From IMG/VR virus record IMGVR_UViG_3300034019_000950, positions 1 to 64,000 of that record: 64,000 nt of DNA, one strand, 5' to 3'. Shown here one piece after another: positions 18,620-28,655 of the stretch (the stretch's first letter is position 1; every line of letters starts with the position of its first letter). The stretch comes from a virus. The notes beneath the pieces were generated by a model. It was not told the DNA's origin. It saw only the letters and a list, made by a program, of their open reading frames with translations, and did no database searches. The translations under genes and the position numbers were made by a program.

Positions 18620-20047
18620 GTGGCTCAACGTGTCAAACGACAGCTGCAGCGGTTTAGGGCGGCGGCAACGCTTGCCCCCCGCTATGAGAGTGGCGTGCTG
18701 GGGCTTCCGCCCGGCGCAATGGTGTTGACGAACAGCGAGCGCAAGTCGGCGTGGTGCCCGCGTCGGTGGTGGTACGAGTACGGCACCGGCCTGCGCGGCG
18801 AAGCCAGCGGCGCGATGCGGTTCGGCAGCGCCTACCATGCCGTCATGGAGCGCGTGCTCGGCTGGCACCAGCACCACGACGGGGAGCTGTTCCCTGTGGA
18901 GGGGCTGGACCGCTGCCTGCACTGCGGCGGCGCCGACAGCGCGTGCCCGCTGTGCTTCGGCACGGGGCTGGGCGCAGTGGAATACGTGGCGCAGCAGCTG
19001 CGGGCCACGCCCGAGGTGTACGACCCTGACGAGGGAGGCGTGGAGGGCGAGGTGGACCGCCTGCGCCGCGCCGTAAACGGATGGCTTCACGTGTACGGCC
19101 AGGGGATGCGCGACGACTGGCAGGTGTTGGCAACGGAGCTGCCTGTGGCGGCGCCGATCACCAGCCCGCGCACGGGCGAGCACTATCGCAGCCGCGTGCC
19201 GGTGGTGACGACGCAGGATGGATGGCGGCTGGCCGATGCTGGTGACACTGCTACGCAGGTCCAAGAAGTGGTGCTGCCCTGGTATCAGCTTGCACAGCTT
19301 GACGCTGTGGTGCTCAACCGTCGTAGCGGCAACCTGTGGCTGTGGGAAACCAAGACCAGCGCCAGCCCGGCCACCTATGGTGAGAACCTGGGCCTCGACA
19401 CTCAGCTTCCCGGCTACCTGCGCGCCCTGTGGTATCTCACGGGCACGGGCCGCTGGGGCGATGGCCGGCAGGTGGAGGGCTACGTGTGGGACGTGGCCAG
19501 CAGCGGGCACCAGCGCGACCCGAAGCGGCTGGCCAGCGGCAAGCTGAGCACCGACAAGCGCCAGCGGGTGCCCAGCTGGGTGATGGATGCGGTGCTCGCA
19601 ACCGAGGACGCGGCCCGCTACAAGCCGGACGAGCTGCAGGCGCTGCGGGATCTGCTGCAGCACCTGCGCGAAAGCGTGGACGGCAGCCTGTACCACCGCG
19701 AGTTCGGTCGCTACCTGCCCGAGCAGCTGCGACGGTACGAGGTGGAGCTGTATGCCGAGGCGGTGCGGCTGTCGGGCTGGCGGCGCGCGGTTGTCGGCAC
19801 CGCTACGGGTATCGGTGGCACGGTAGCCGATGATGAAAGTGTGGCTGAGCAGTGGCCGCGCGTGCCGCTGTGCCGGACGCCGGGTGGCAGCTGCCCGTTC
19901 ACCGGCATCTGTCAGCAAGACAGTGCAGAGGGCCGTGCGGTGTTTGAGCGGCGCCCGTCAGTGCGCTGGCTCACGGCAAACGCGGTGAAGAAACTCAACG
20001 AGCAAGCCGCAAAAGAGGCGGCAGGAGGTGTGGAATGTCCGTTCTGA
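18620..20047 (+). CDS. PD-(D/E)xK exonuclease (RecB/Cas4-like)
   Basis: CPRRWWY, FGSAYH, LD..., ETKT, Q..Y and C-terminal C..C...C cluster. Confidence 0.8.
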   Translation: MAQRVKRQLQRFRAAATLAPRYESGVLGLPPGAMVLTNSERKSAWCPRRWWYEYGTGLRGEASGAMRFGSAYHAVMERVLGWHQHHDGELFPVEGLDRCLHCGGADSACPLCFGTGLGAVEYVAQQLRATPEVYDPDEGGVEGEVDRLRRAVNGWLHVYGQGMRDDWQVLATELPVAAPITSPRTGEHYRSRVPVVTTQDGWRLADAGDTATQVQEVVLPWYQLAQLDAVVLNRRSGNLWLWETKTSASPATYGENLGLDTQLPGYLRALWYLTGTGRWGDGRQVEGYVWDVASSGHQRDPKRLASGKLSTDKRQRVPSWVMDAVLATEDAARYKPDELQALRDLLQHLRESVDGSLYHREFGRYLPEQLRRYEVELYAEAVRLSGWRRAVVGTATGIGGTVADDESVAEQWPRVPLCRTPGGSCPFTGICQQDSAEGRAVFERRPSVRWLTANAVKKLNEQAAKEAAGGVECPF

Positions 20048-20856
20048 ACTGGTCCCGTGTGGGTGAGATGCCTGCCGCAGATGTGAAGGTCAAGGCGCTG
20101 CTGTACGGCGATAGCGGCGCGGGAAAGACGCACGCAGCCAGCACTGCGCCGCGCCCGTGCTACCTTCTGACAGAGGCCAACGGCCTGCCGACCATCAAGG
20201 CGGCGAACCCGGACGCCGTGGTGGTGCAGGCGTCTGACATGGATACCGTGCGCGCGTTCTTCAAGGCTGCGCTGGACGGCTCGCTGGCCAAGGAAACCGG
20301 GTGCCAGACCATCGTGCTGGACAGCCTGACCGAGCTGCAGCGTATGCTGCGAGACGAGATCATCGCCAGCCGCAAGGGGCAGCCGGGCGGCGAGTCGTTC
20401 AGCCTGCAGGACTGGGGCACGCTCACCGACCGGATGCGGAAGCTCGTGCGCACGGTGCGCGACCTGCCGTTCCACGTGGTTTGCATCGCGCTGGCGGCCA
20501 GCGACAACGACGAGGGCACCGGGCAGCGGTACACGCAGCCGTCCTTCGATGGCAAGAAGCTGCCCAACGAGATCGCCGGCTACTTCTCGCTTGTCGGGTA
20601 CGTGTACCGCGAGCGTGCCAAGGCCGAGGACGGCACCATCACCGTGCAGCACCGCGTTCTGTTGCAGGGTCCGCCCACGCTGCTGACCAAGGCGTTGCCG
20701 GGTCTTGACCCGGTGGAGCCGCCCAACATCACGGCATGGTTGGCGAAGCTCAACGGTACGGCGACCAGCAGCGTGGATGGTGCACAGGCGCCGACGGCCC
20801 CTCGCGTGGAGGCCCCGGATCCCAATCAGCCGGCCCGTCGTCGGCGCACGGCTTAG
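20035..20856 (+). CDS. AAA_24/Sak4-like ssDNA-annealing ATPase
   Basis: LLYGDSGAGKT, IVLDSLTE; between exonuclease and SSB. Confidence 0.8.
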   Translation: MSVLNWSRVGEMPAADVKVKALLYGDSGAGKTHAASTAPRPCYLLTEANGLPTIKAANPDAVVVQASDMDTVRAFFKAALDGSLAKETGCQTIVLDSLTELQRMLRDEIIASRKGQPGGESFSLQDWGTLTDRMRKLVRTVRDLPFHVVCIALAASDNDEGTGQRYTQPSFDGKKLPNEIAGYFSLVGYVYRERAKAEDGTITVQHRVLLQGPPTLLTKALPGLDPVEPPNITAWLAKLNGTATSSVDGAQAPTAPRVEAPDPNQPARRRRTA

Positions 20857-20892
20857 TGACAACAGACAACAGGCAAAAGTGAGGGTACAACA

Positions 20893-21453
20893 ATGTCTTT
20901 CATGGTGGATCCCAGCGCGCCTGCGACTGGTGGTGGTGGTGGCAAGCGGCGCCCCGACGTCCGGCCCGGTCGCAAGCTGGTCTGGTGCGCTGACATCGAG
21001 TACGGCAAGAGCAACGCCGGCAACGACAAGATTGACACCCGCTGGTGCGTGGTGGACGACCCCGAGGGTAGCGGCGCCGACGTGCGCGGTCTGTTCTACG
21101 ACACCCTGACCCTGACGCAGCGTGCCGCATGGCGCGTCCAGCAGCTGGCCAAGGCGCTGGGGCAGACCGCGCCCTGGGACGCGCTGGATGGCGAGGCCAC
21201 TTGGTCGGTACTCACCCGGCGCCCGGTGTGGGTGACGCTGGCCGAGGAAACCTACAACGGCAAGACCCGCGTCAAGGTGCAGGAGTTCGGTCACTACGGC
21301 GGCGAAGTGACCGAGGCGATGGAGGACACCATCAACGACGCAGAAAAGTGGTGCCGCGAAGGCAAAAACAAGCGCGCTGCTGCTGGTGGCGGAAGCGGAG
21401 CCGTTGCCCAGGCTGCCGGCGGATACGCGCAGGACGAAGACATCCCGTTCTAA
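20893..21453 (+). CDS. phage single-stranded DNA-binding protein (DUF669-like)
   Basis: Acidic tail DEDIPF; SNAGN and EETYNGK motifs; follows Sak4-like gene. Confidence 0.75.
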   Translation: MSFMVDPSAPATGGGGGKRRPDVRPGRKLVWCADIEYGKSNAGNDKIDTRWCVVDDPEGSGADVRGLFYDTLTLTQRAAWRVQQLAKALGQTAPWDALDGEATWSVLTRRPVWVTLAEETYNGKTRVKVQEFGHYGGEVTEAMEDTINDAEKWCREGKNKRAAAGGGSGAVAQAAGGYAQDEDIPF

Positions 21454-21464
21454 AACACACGATG

Positions 21465-21498
21465 CGCCCGCCCGGCGTCAGCACCGGGCGGGCGTTGT
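21465..21498 (+). terminator. hairpin, probable terminator
   Basis: CGCCCGCCCGG/CCGGGCGGGCG 11-bp stem after SSB; short T tail. Confidence 0.55.
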
Positions 21499-21525
21499 CA
21501 TGTGAAGCAAAGCAGGGAGGAAGTG

Positions 21526-22626
21526 ATGCGCGACGTAGTGTTGCGGGCGACGTGGTGGGACGACGCGAGGGTGCAGCTGCTGGACGCACAGCATCGGATG
21601 GTGCTGCTGTACCTAACTGCGCAGGCCGACAGGGATGGCATCGTGCAGGTGGACAGCGCGCAGCTGGTGCCGCTGCTGCCGCTCGGAGCTGAGCGTCTGG
21701 ACGCGGTGGCCGTGGTGCGCCGGCTGGAGCAGGCGCAGCTGTTGGCGCTGTGGTCGCACAACGACATCATTCGTGGGTCGCAAACATGGGCGTGGCTGGT
21801 GCGGCAGCACGAGGACCAGCCGACTACGGGTGCGCTGGCGCTGCCCCGGTGCAGCGACCGGCCAGCCCCGCCGCGTGACGTGGTGCTGGCACTTCTGGAG
21901 AGGCAGCTGGGGCGCCCGGCCACCGCAGCCGAGGGAAAGCGTGTCAGCCCAAGAAGCTGGGGCCTTGTCAGGCAAGCGGCACCGAGCGCGGCACAGGAAG
22001 TGGAGCGCGTGTGGGCGGCGTGGCGCGACCGGCAGGCACGACCCGGCGCGTGTGTGCTGGCAGAAGCCGTGCAGCGGCAGGTGCGCGCGGCGCTGCAGCA
22101 GGCCACCGCCGATCAGCTGGTTCAGCTGGTGGCGTTCGCCTACGAGGCAGACGAGCCAGCCGCCCGGTTCTGGCGTGGCCAGAACGACCAGCGGCGAACG
22201 TACCTGGGTCTGGACAACCTGCTGCGCCTCGGCAAGCTGGCCGACCGCCTGCAGCTGGTGGAGCAGTGGGCGGCGCGGCAGCAGCCGGCAGCGGGCGGCG
22301 ATGGTACGGACCTGGGGCCGCTGGCAGCGTATCGGCGGCGCGGCCCGGCGGGCACCACCACCAGCCCGGACCCGCGCCCGCCCAGGCTGGCGGCACAGTG
22401 CGCCGCCATGCTGCAGCTGTTCGTGCGGCGCGGCGCCGAGGGTGTGCGCACGCACGAGCTGGCTGAGCTGGCGCTGAAGTATTCCAGCCGTATCAGCGAA
22501 CTGCGCGGGTACGGAGCTGACATTGTGATGGTTGAGCGCAACGAGGACGGTGACAACGTGTACCAACTGATCAACGTTGAGCACGTGGCGCACCTGCTGG
22601 ATGGAGGCGACGGTGGGCTGGATTGA
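21526..22626 (+). CDS. putative replication initiator with C-terminal HTH
   Basis: WWDD..V..L....RMVLLYL...AD.DG N-terminus typical of phage initiators; SRISELR..G HTH; precedes primase-helicase. Confidence 0.6.
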   Translation: MRDVVLRATWWDDARVQLLDAQHRMVLLYLTAQADRDGIVQVDSAQLVPLLPLGAERLDAVAVVRRLEQAQLLALWSHNDIIRGSQTWAWLVRQHEDQPTTGALALPRCSDRPAPPRDVVLALLERQLGRPATAAEGKRVSPRSWGLVRQAAPSAAQEVERVWAAWRDRQARPGACVLAEAVQRQVRAALQQATADQLVQLVAFAYEADEPAARFWRGQNDQRRTYLGLDNLLRLGKLADRLQLVEQWAARQQPAAGGDGTDLGPLAAYRRRGPAGTTTSPDPRPPRLAAQCAAMLQLFVRRGAEGVRTHELAELALKYSSRISELRGYGADIVMVERNEDGDNVYQLINVEHVAHLLDGGDGGLD

Positions 22627-24658
22627 CGAAGTAAAGGGCGCGGCCACCGTGGCGCAGGCGGCTCAGGCCATCAATCTACGTGTGACACGTGGTTCTGGCT
22701 TGACGCCTTGCCCGTCGTGCAAGGCCGAGCAGCGTGGCACCGATGACCGGCGCGGCCCGCTTGGAGCGCGCACGGACGGCCAAGGCTGGCGGTGCTTCCG
22801 GTGCGATGCGTCGGGCGACGTGCCCGACCTGCTGGCGCTGGGCTGGCTGGGCGGGCGGCTGCGTGAGCTGTCGCCCGAGCAGCGCACGCAGCTACGTGAG
22901 CGGTGCGCGGCGCAGGGCTGGTGCACCACCGACGACGCGGGGCGCACCACAGCCGCTAAGGGCGCGCCTGCGGTGCGTAGGCTGCCCACACCGGCACCGG
23001 CTACACCGGCCGCCGCTGGCGCGCCGGGGCCTGTTACGGGGCCTGCCGGGGTTGTGGCACCCACCCCGCAACAGGGCGGCCCGTTTGGATGGAGGACAGA
23101 CCTACCAGCCGAGTGTGAGGCGGCGCTATGGGCAGACGAGGGTGCACAGGTGCTCGCCTACCTGCAGGGGCGCGGGTTTAGTGACGAGACACTGAAACAC
23201 TGGCGCGTTGGTGCACACTTTTTGCGCGCAGCAGACGGTCGAGTGTTGGAGCAGTACGTGGCGCTGCCGGTGCTGGATGCACAAGGCCAGCCGATGAACA
23301 TGCGCTTCCGTAGCGTTCCAGGCACATGCCTGCGGTGCGGCGGCGCTGGGTGTGATCGCTGCAAGGCCGGGCAGGTGAAAAAGATATACCTACGATGCCC
23401 AGGCGCCACGAGCACACTGTTTGGCATTCATCAACTTGATGGTGATCCAAACAGTGAAGTGATCGTAACCGAGGGTGAGCTGGACGTGCTCGCACTTTGG
23501 CAGTACGGGCTGCGGTCCAACGTGGTCACGGGCACTGCTGGTGCAGGCACGTGGTTGGACGAATGGCTGGACACATTGGAGCCTTACCGCTCCTTTCTAC
23601 TGGCATACGATGCTGATGATGCAGGCGAGCAGGGCGCCCTGGCACTTGCCGCTAAGCTTGGCAGGGAAAGGTGTAGTCGCGTCAAGTTACCGGCAAAGGA
23701 TGCCGCCGACTGCCTTGCAGCGTGCGTTGGTCAGCGGACGGTCCACGCTGCGCTTGATGCCGCAGCGCCGATGCTGGACGTCAAGCTTGTCCGCGTAGAC
23801 GCCTACGCCGATGCAATCGAGCAGCTGGTGCAGCGACCGGCTGAGCTGCGAGGGCTGCCTATTGGAAGCGCCAAGCTGGACGAGGCGCTGGGCGGCTGGC
23901 GTCCCGGCCTTGTGGTTGTGACGGGCGACACGGCAGCCGGCAAGACATCGTGGACGACGTGGGTGGCGCGCGAGCAGGCACTGCGCGGCGTGCCCGTGAT
24001 GCTGACCAGCTTCGAACAGCGCCCAATCGGCACGGTGCAGAAGCTGCTGCGCGCACAGCTGGGTGGCGACTTTTCACATGCAAGCGAGCACGAACGGCGC
24101 GCGGCGATGGCGCAGCTGGGCCAGCTGCCAATCTACGTGCTGGATCACTACGGCGAGCTTGGTGTGGAGCAAGTGCTGGAGGCTGTCGGCTACGCCGTCC
24201 GGCGGCGTGGTGTAAAGATGGCAGTCATTGACCACCTCGGCTTCCTTGTGACAGGGGCAGAGGATGAGCGCAGGGCCATTGAGGATGCTGTGCGCAAGAT
24301 GGCTGTGTTTGCGGTGCAAAGGGAAGTGACGCTGGTTCTAATCTGCCACCCCAACAACCTGTCAGTGACGCAACAGCGCCGCGTCATGCTCGGTGACCTC
24401 AAAGGCGCGAGCGCCATCAGACAGGATGCACACGTAGGCATCGTGGTAGAGCGCATTTTGCCAGGACGGGCAGTGCAGCACCCCGCGACGGCGGTTTACG
24501 TGGACAAGTGCCGATCAGAGTTCGGTCTACAAGGCGCGCGCGTCGTTCAGTTCTATGACCCGGAAAGCTGCGTGTATGCCGACACCTGGGAGGGCACACC
24601 AGCCGGCCGTTCTGGGCGTGGCTCCGCGCTCGCAGCACATACTGACCCGAGCGCATGA
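22613..24658 (+). CDS. T7 gp4/Twinkle-like DNA primase-helicase
   Basis: Zn finger CPSC...CFRC; TOPRIM TEGELD, YDADDAG, KDAAD; SF4 helicase GDTAAGKT, IDHL, LKGASAIRQDA. Confidence 0.9.
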   Translation: MGWIDEVKGAATVAQAAQAINLRVTRGSGLTPCPSCKAEQRGTDDRRGPLGARTDGQGWRCFRCDASGDVPDLLALGWLGGRLRELSPEQRTQLRERCAAQGWCTTDDAGRTTAAKGAPAVRRLPTPAPATPAAAGAPGPVTGPAGVVAPTPQQGGPFGWRTDLPAECEAALWADEGAQVLAYLQGRGFSDETLKHWRVGAHFLRAADGRVLEQYVALPVLDAQGQPMNMRFRSVPGTCLRCGGAGCDRCKAGQVKKIYLRCPGATSTLFGIHQLDGDPNSEVIVTEGELDVLALWQYGLRSNVVTGTAGAGTWLDEWLDTLEPYRSFLLAYDADDAGEQGALALAAKLGRERCSRVKLPAKDAADCLAACVGQRTVHAALDAAAPMLDVKLVRVDAYADAIEQLVQRPAELRGLPIGSAKLDEALGGWRPGLVVVTGDTAAGKTSWTTWVAREQALRGVPVMLTSFEQRPIGTVQKLLRAQLGGDFSHASEHERRAAMAQLGQLPIYVLDHYGELGVEQVLEAVGYAVRRRGVKMAVIDHLGFLVTGAEDERRAIEDAVRKMAVFAVQREVTLVLICHPNNLSVTQQRRVMLGDLKGASAIRQDAHVGIVVERILPGRAVQHPATAVYVDKCRSEFGLQGARVVQFYDPESCVYADTWEGTPAGRSGRGSALAAHTDPSA

Positions 24659-24704
24659 CGGGTTTAGTCGTGCAGTGGAACAGTAAAAACTTGCAGTGCG
24701 CCTA

Positions 24705-24734
24705 TTGCAAGCGTAACGGGTTGCATGTTACCCT
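24705..24734 (+). promoter_or_regulatory. early promoter with GTAAC-N9-GTTAC dyad
   Basis: TTGCAA-18bp-TACCCT; TAAC 24714-24717, GTTA 24727-24730. Confidence 0.75.
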
Positions 24735-24760
24735 TGTGGTATAGCAATGGGGCCGACATA

Positions 24761-25504
24761 ATGAGCCGCAAGACCAGCAACATCACTCGCACCCGTGCCG
24801 TCGCGTACCTGCGCGTGAGCACAGACAAACAAGCAGATACTGGCGTAAGCCTTGACGCACAGCGCGCCAAGGTGCAGCTCTACGCCGATCTCTACGACGT
24901 GGAGCTGGTCGAGGTGGTGGTGGACGCGGGCGCAAGCGCCAAGACGCTGGAGCGCGAGGGCCTGCAGCGCGCGCTGGCCATGCTGGACAGCGGCAAGGCT
25001 GACGCCCTGCTGGTGTGCAAGCTGGACCGCCTCACGCGCAGCGTGCGCGACCTGGGCGCGCTGCTGGACGGCTGGTTCGGGCGCAAGGACGGCCCGGCGC
25101 TGCTGTCGGTGCAGGAGCAGGTGGACACCCGCACGGCAGGCGGGCGGCTCGTCCTCAACGTGCTGATGTCCGTGGCACAGTGGGAGCGTGAAACCATCGG
25201 AGAGCGCACCAGCGCGGCGATGGCGCACATGAAGGCAGAGGGTGCGTACACGGGCGGGCGCGCGCCCTATGGGTGGCAGGCCGACGCCGAGGGGCAGCTG
25301 CACCCGGTGCCTGCCGAGCAGGCAGCCATCGTGCTGGCGCAGCAGCTGCACGCCGAGGGGAACAGCCTGCGCCGGGTGGGCGCGCTGCTGTTGGAAGCGG
25401 GACACCTGCCCCGTATCGGTAGTGCATGGCACGCGAGCAGCATCAGGGTTGTTCTGGCTGCACGGGTCGCAACGGCTACAAGTGTGGATCAGTCGGCTGC
25501 GTAA
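24761..25504 (+). CDS. serine recombinase (resolvase family)
   Basis: YLRVSTDKQ, D.G.S, R.GL, KLDRLTRS, APYGW. Confidence 0.92.
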   Translation: MSRKTSNITRTRAVAYLRVSTDKQADTGVSLDAQRAKVQLYADLYDVELVEVVVDAGASAKTLEREGLQRALAMLDSGKADALLVCKLDRLTRSVRDLGALLDGWFGRKDGPALLSVQEQVDTRTAGGRLVLNVLMSVAQWERETIGERTSAAMAHMKAEGAYTGGRAPYGWQADAEGQLHPVPAEQAAIVLAQQLHAEGNSLRRVGALLLEAGHLPRIGSAWHASSIRVVLAARVATATSVDQSAA

Positions 25505-25556
25505 GTCACCTGTGCGCGTTGGAAGCAAACGCCCTATGACTTCTGCAGGAGGGCTG

Positions 25557-26441
25557 ATGCTCGATCTGCGAAACCTACCGACCAGCGCGGTCATGCGACT
25601 GGTCCGCGCCACCCCTCGGAGGGATGGCGCCGGCATCGTGTGGGACTACGACCTTTCTATTGAGGTTCCAGACGAACAGGCGGCTGCATTGGTGGACAGC
25701 TACGTGCCCGGTGCTGCACGAGCATTCGCCAGTGGTGGTGATGGTGCGCGTGGCAAGGCGAGCACAACCGGGGGCTTTGACCTGTGTGCGTTGGAGCTAT
25801 CCGCAGAGGACGGGCGTCACCTTGCGCGAGGTCATGCCGAGGTGCGGCAGGCTACGGTCAGCGTGACGGCATCACAGGCAGTGCTGGTGGTGCGCGTGCG
25901 CGTGCACGGACTGTTGGAAAGAGCGGCGACTGATGTTGTGTATCAGCTTGACGAAGTGCTGCAGGTGTCTTTGACGACACAGCACGCTGCACGACTGACG
26001 GTTGCGGAAGCTGTGGGCGCTGGGCAGCGGCCCGCTCAAAGTGTGGGTGGCTTGATTGGCAGGCTGGTTGTCGTCCAGCATGGAACAGAGCTGATGGCTG
26101 GCATTGTTGTCCATCAGGATGGAACAAGCCTGCATCTTGAGTCATTGGACGAGGGCGTGTCGCTGGTGGACCTGGGAACCGGAAAGCCGGCAACGGTGTT
26201 GGACGTGGTTCCTCCTCCTGGCGAGGCGATGAGCGAGCTTGTGTCGTTCTACTCGGTCAGCTGTGCTCATGCCGGTGTGCGTGCAAGCTGGCACGACGTA
26301 ATCACGGCAATCGGCCTGCTGTATGCTGAACAAAAGCTGCAAGCGTTGCCTGACTACAGCTGGCAGCTTGACCCCGAGGTCTGGGAAGCTGCACTGGAGC
26401 ACGCAATCACAAACGCGGGGCCGACAACGGCAGAGGCGTGA
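25557..26441 (+). CDS. hypothetical protein
   Basis: GGAGG RBS; 294 aa; coupled to next gene. Confidence 0.65.
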   Translation: MLDLRNLPTSAVMRLVRATPRRDGAGIVWDYDLSIEVPDEQAAALVDSYVPGAARAFASGGDGARGKASTTGGFDLCALELSAEDGRHLARGHAEVRQATVSVTASQAVLVVRVRVHGLLERAATDVVYQLDEVLQVSLTTQHAARLTVAEAVGAGQRPAQSVGGLIGRLVVVQHGTELMAGIVVHQDGTSLHLESLDEGVSLVDLGTGKPATVLDVVPPPGEAMSELVSFYSVSCAHAGVRASWHDVITAIGLLYAEQKLQALPDYSWQLDPEVWEAALEHAITNAGPTTAEA

Positions 26442-26713
26442 CCACCTATCAAGTGCAGTGCAAGGTGATTTTCATGCTAAACGGTTCGACGCGAGAGCAG
26501 GTAGTGCTGGAGCATGGCGACATCGTGCAAGGTGCAACACTGGGGAGCGTGTCCGCAAGAGATCTGCGCGAATACACTCGCATGGAGCAGCAGCATTCCA
26601 TCTTCCATAGGAATGAGCGCATCGTTTGGGTGCAAGTGTATGGCGCAGTGCGCGGACTGATTGTTGGAAAGCAGTGCGTACCTTCCAATCTTACGGCGAC
26701 GGTGCCGCTGTGA
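26438..26713 (+). CDS. hypothetical protein
   Basis: GTGA overlaps on both sides. Confidence 0.6.
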   Translation: MTTYQVQCKVIFMLNGSTREQVVLEHGDIVQGATLGSVSARDLREYTRMEQQHSIFHRNERIVWVQVYGAVRGLIVGKQCVPSNLTATVPL

Positions 26714-27006
26714 CGACAAGCAATCTGCCAGAGCGAGCTACGGTCCTATCGCTGCCGATGGACGACCCGGAAACAAGCGTGCGCAGTCCTGCACTGGCGG
26801 CACTGCTGTCAGAAGGATGGAAAGTCATCGCCAGTCTGCCGGCAGCTCGTGGTGATCGTACCGAGCTATTGCTGGTGCTGGCACCACCGCGCCCGCACTA
26901 TGCCCCGCAAGTGCCCCCGGCGCCCTTATGGGCTTACTTGCTTGCTGCGCTGGCCTGCGGTGTGGGGGCCGCCGCTGGCAGCCTGCTGGCTGGCCTTGCA
27001 AACTGA
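26710..27006 (+). CDS. hypothetical membrane protein
   Basis: GTGA overlap; C-terminal hydrophobic helix. Confidence 0.55.
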   Translation: MTTSNLPERATVLSLPMDDPETSVRSPALAALLSEGWKVIASLPAARGDRTELLLVLAPPRPHYAPQVPPAPLWAYLLAALACGVGAAAGSLLAGLAN

Positions 27007-27021
27007 CAACTGGAGTATTCG

Positions 27022-27762
27022 ATGCCGACCACTGAGCTGAACCTGACGACCGTGGCGCTTTCTGAACTGCGCCCCGACCCTGCCAATCCGCGCACGCACG
27101 ATGCGCGAAACATCGCGGCCATCGCAGCCAGCCTGCGAGAGCACGGTCAGGTAGAGCCGCTGCTGGTTCAGCGTTCCACGATGATGGTGATCGGCGGCAA
27201 CGGACGTGCAGAGGCCATGCGCTCCCTTGGCTGGAAGCAGGCCCGCGTGGCGTTGCTTGATGTCAGCGACACGGAGGCTCGCAAGCTTTCCATTGCACTG
27301 AACCGCACGGGCGAACTGGCCGGATGGGATGAAGCTGTGCTGGCGCGGCACCTTGCCGACCTGTCGGCGTTGGATGGTTTCGTTGTCGAGGACCTGGGCT
27401 TCAACACGGCTGAGCTGGACGCCTTGGTGGCCGCCTATGTTGGTGAAGTCGATCAGATGCACTTGGAAGAGCCGCCGCCGCGCGACACCAGCAAACTTCC
27501 AATCAACCAGCTGACTGCCGCACAGACCGATCAGCCTGCTTCCCCTGTCACGTCGTCCGTCATGCCCGCTACGCCCGAGCACACCGTTCCTGCGCCGATG
27601 CCGACCAGCAGCGTTCGCCTTGTCCAGCTGTTCTTGGATGATGAAACCATCGACGGCTTTCAGATGGCCGTGCGCAAGCTTGCCGACCAGTACGTGACCG
27701 ACAACATCACCGACACCGTGCGTCGTGCTGTGCTGACGGCAGCCGGCGATTGGAAGGACTGA
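27022..27762 (+). CDS. ParB/Srx N-terminal domain protein
   Basis: LRPDPANPR.H, SL..HGQVEPLLV, GNGR..A, ALNR..E...WD. Confidence 0.85.
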   Translation: MPTTELNLTTVALSELRPDPANPRTHDARNIAAIAASLREHGQVEPLLVQRSTMMVIGGNGRAEAMRSLGWKQARVALLDVSDTEARKLSIALNRTGELAGWDEAVLARHLADLSALDGFVVEDLGFNTAELDALVAAYVGEVDQMHLEEPPPRDTSKLPINQLTAAQTDQPASPVTSSVMPATPEHTVPAPMPTSSVRLVQLFLDDETIDGFQMAVRKLADQYVTDNITDTVRRAVLTAAGDWKD

Positions 27763-28655
27763 TGCGGGCGGTCCTACGGACCAAGGTGCCTGAGCATGAA
27801 GTGGCTGCATGGAAGGGCAGGCACCCGCAGGCAAGCCAGTTCGACATGCTGGTTACTGGTGAGTGCGACCTGTATGGGCCGGATGGATCACCTTTGCTGT
27901 TTGTCCGACGCGGCAAGCTGAACAGCGAGGCAATAGAACAAGCAAGGCCGACACTGCACTGGATGCGTCGCTTCACAAGCGACAACCGCGCTGACTACGC
28001 TGGCGGCATTGCAGCCAAGGCCGTCAACGCAGATGGCACAGTGGCGAAGCAGAGCCGGACATACGATGAGCAAGGCAACGTGATGAGTGTGCCGAGCTGC
28101 ATTGCCGGCTTCTTTGAGCCGCAAGGCGGCCGGCATCCGTTCTGCAGGGCCACAGCATTCCTGCGCTCCTTCCCTGATCAATGGGCCAGTCTGCAGCCGA
28201 TGCTTAGGGACGTCGGCGCACTCTATCGACGCACTGTTCCGCTGCGATGGAAGCAGCAGATGGAAGTGGTGGACAAGTCAGACCCAGCGTGGGTCATTCC
28301 TGGCACACCCTTCACTACGATTACCGTCAACAACACAGTGCCGGCTGCCTACCACCGAGATGGTGGCGACCTCAAAGAAGGCTTTGGTGTCCTTGTCGTC
28401 TTGTCAAAGGGTCAGTTCGACGGATTCGATCTCGTCGTTCCAGAGTACCGTGTGGCTACCCACCTGCGCGACGGCGACGTTCTGTTCTTTGACCCGACTG
28501 TGTGGCATGGCAACACCCTGCCGACCAACATGGTTGGAGAGAAAGACGAGGACTGGTATCGCATCAGCCTTGTGGCTTACTACCGAGAGGGCATCGTCGG
28601 CTGCGGCAGCCCGCAGGCAGAGCTGCAAAAAGCAAAGGCCAGGGGTGCGCTGTGA
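27762..28655 (+). CDS. TET/JBP-family 2OG-Fe(II) dioxygenase
   Basis: TPFTTITVN, HRD (HxD), PEYRVA, WHGN, RISLVAYYRE. Confidence 0.85.
   Translation: MRAVLRTKVPEHEVAAWKGRHPQASQFDMLVTGECDLYGPDGSPLLFVRRGKLNSEAIEQARPTLHWMRRFTSDNRADYAGGIAAKAVNADGTVAKQSRTYDEQGNVMSVPSCIAGFFEPQGGRHPFCRATAFLRSFPDQWASLQPMLRDVGALYRRTVPLRWKQQMEVVDKSDPAWVIPGTPFTTITVNNTVPAAYHRDGGDLKEGFGVLVVLSKGQFDGFDLVVPEYRVATHLRDGDVLFFDPTVWHGNTLPTNMVGEKDEDWYRISLVAYYREGIVGCGSPQAELQKAKARGAL

Noticed and set aside
18620-20047. Cas4 as part of a CRISPR system
   Set aside because: Sits in a standard exonuclease-Sak4-SSB phage recombination module
27022-27762. ParABS partition system
   Set aside because: No ParA and no recognisable central HTH; coupled to modification enzymes
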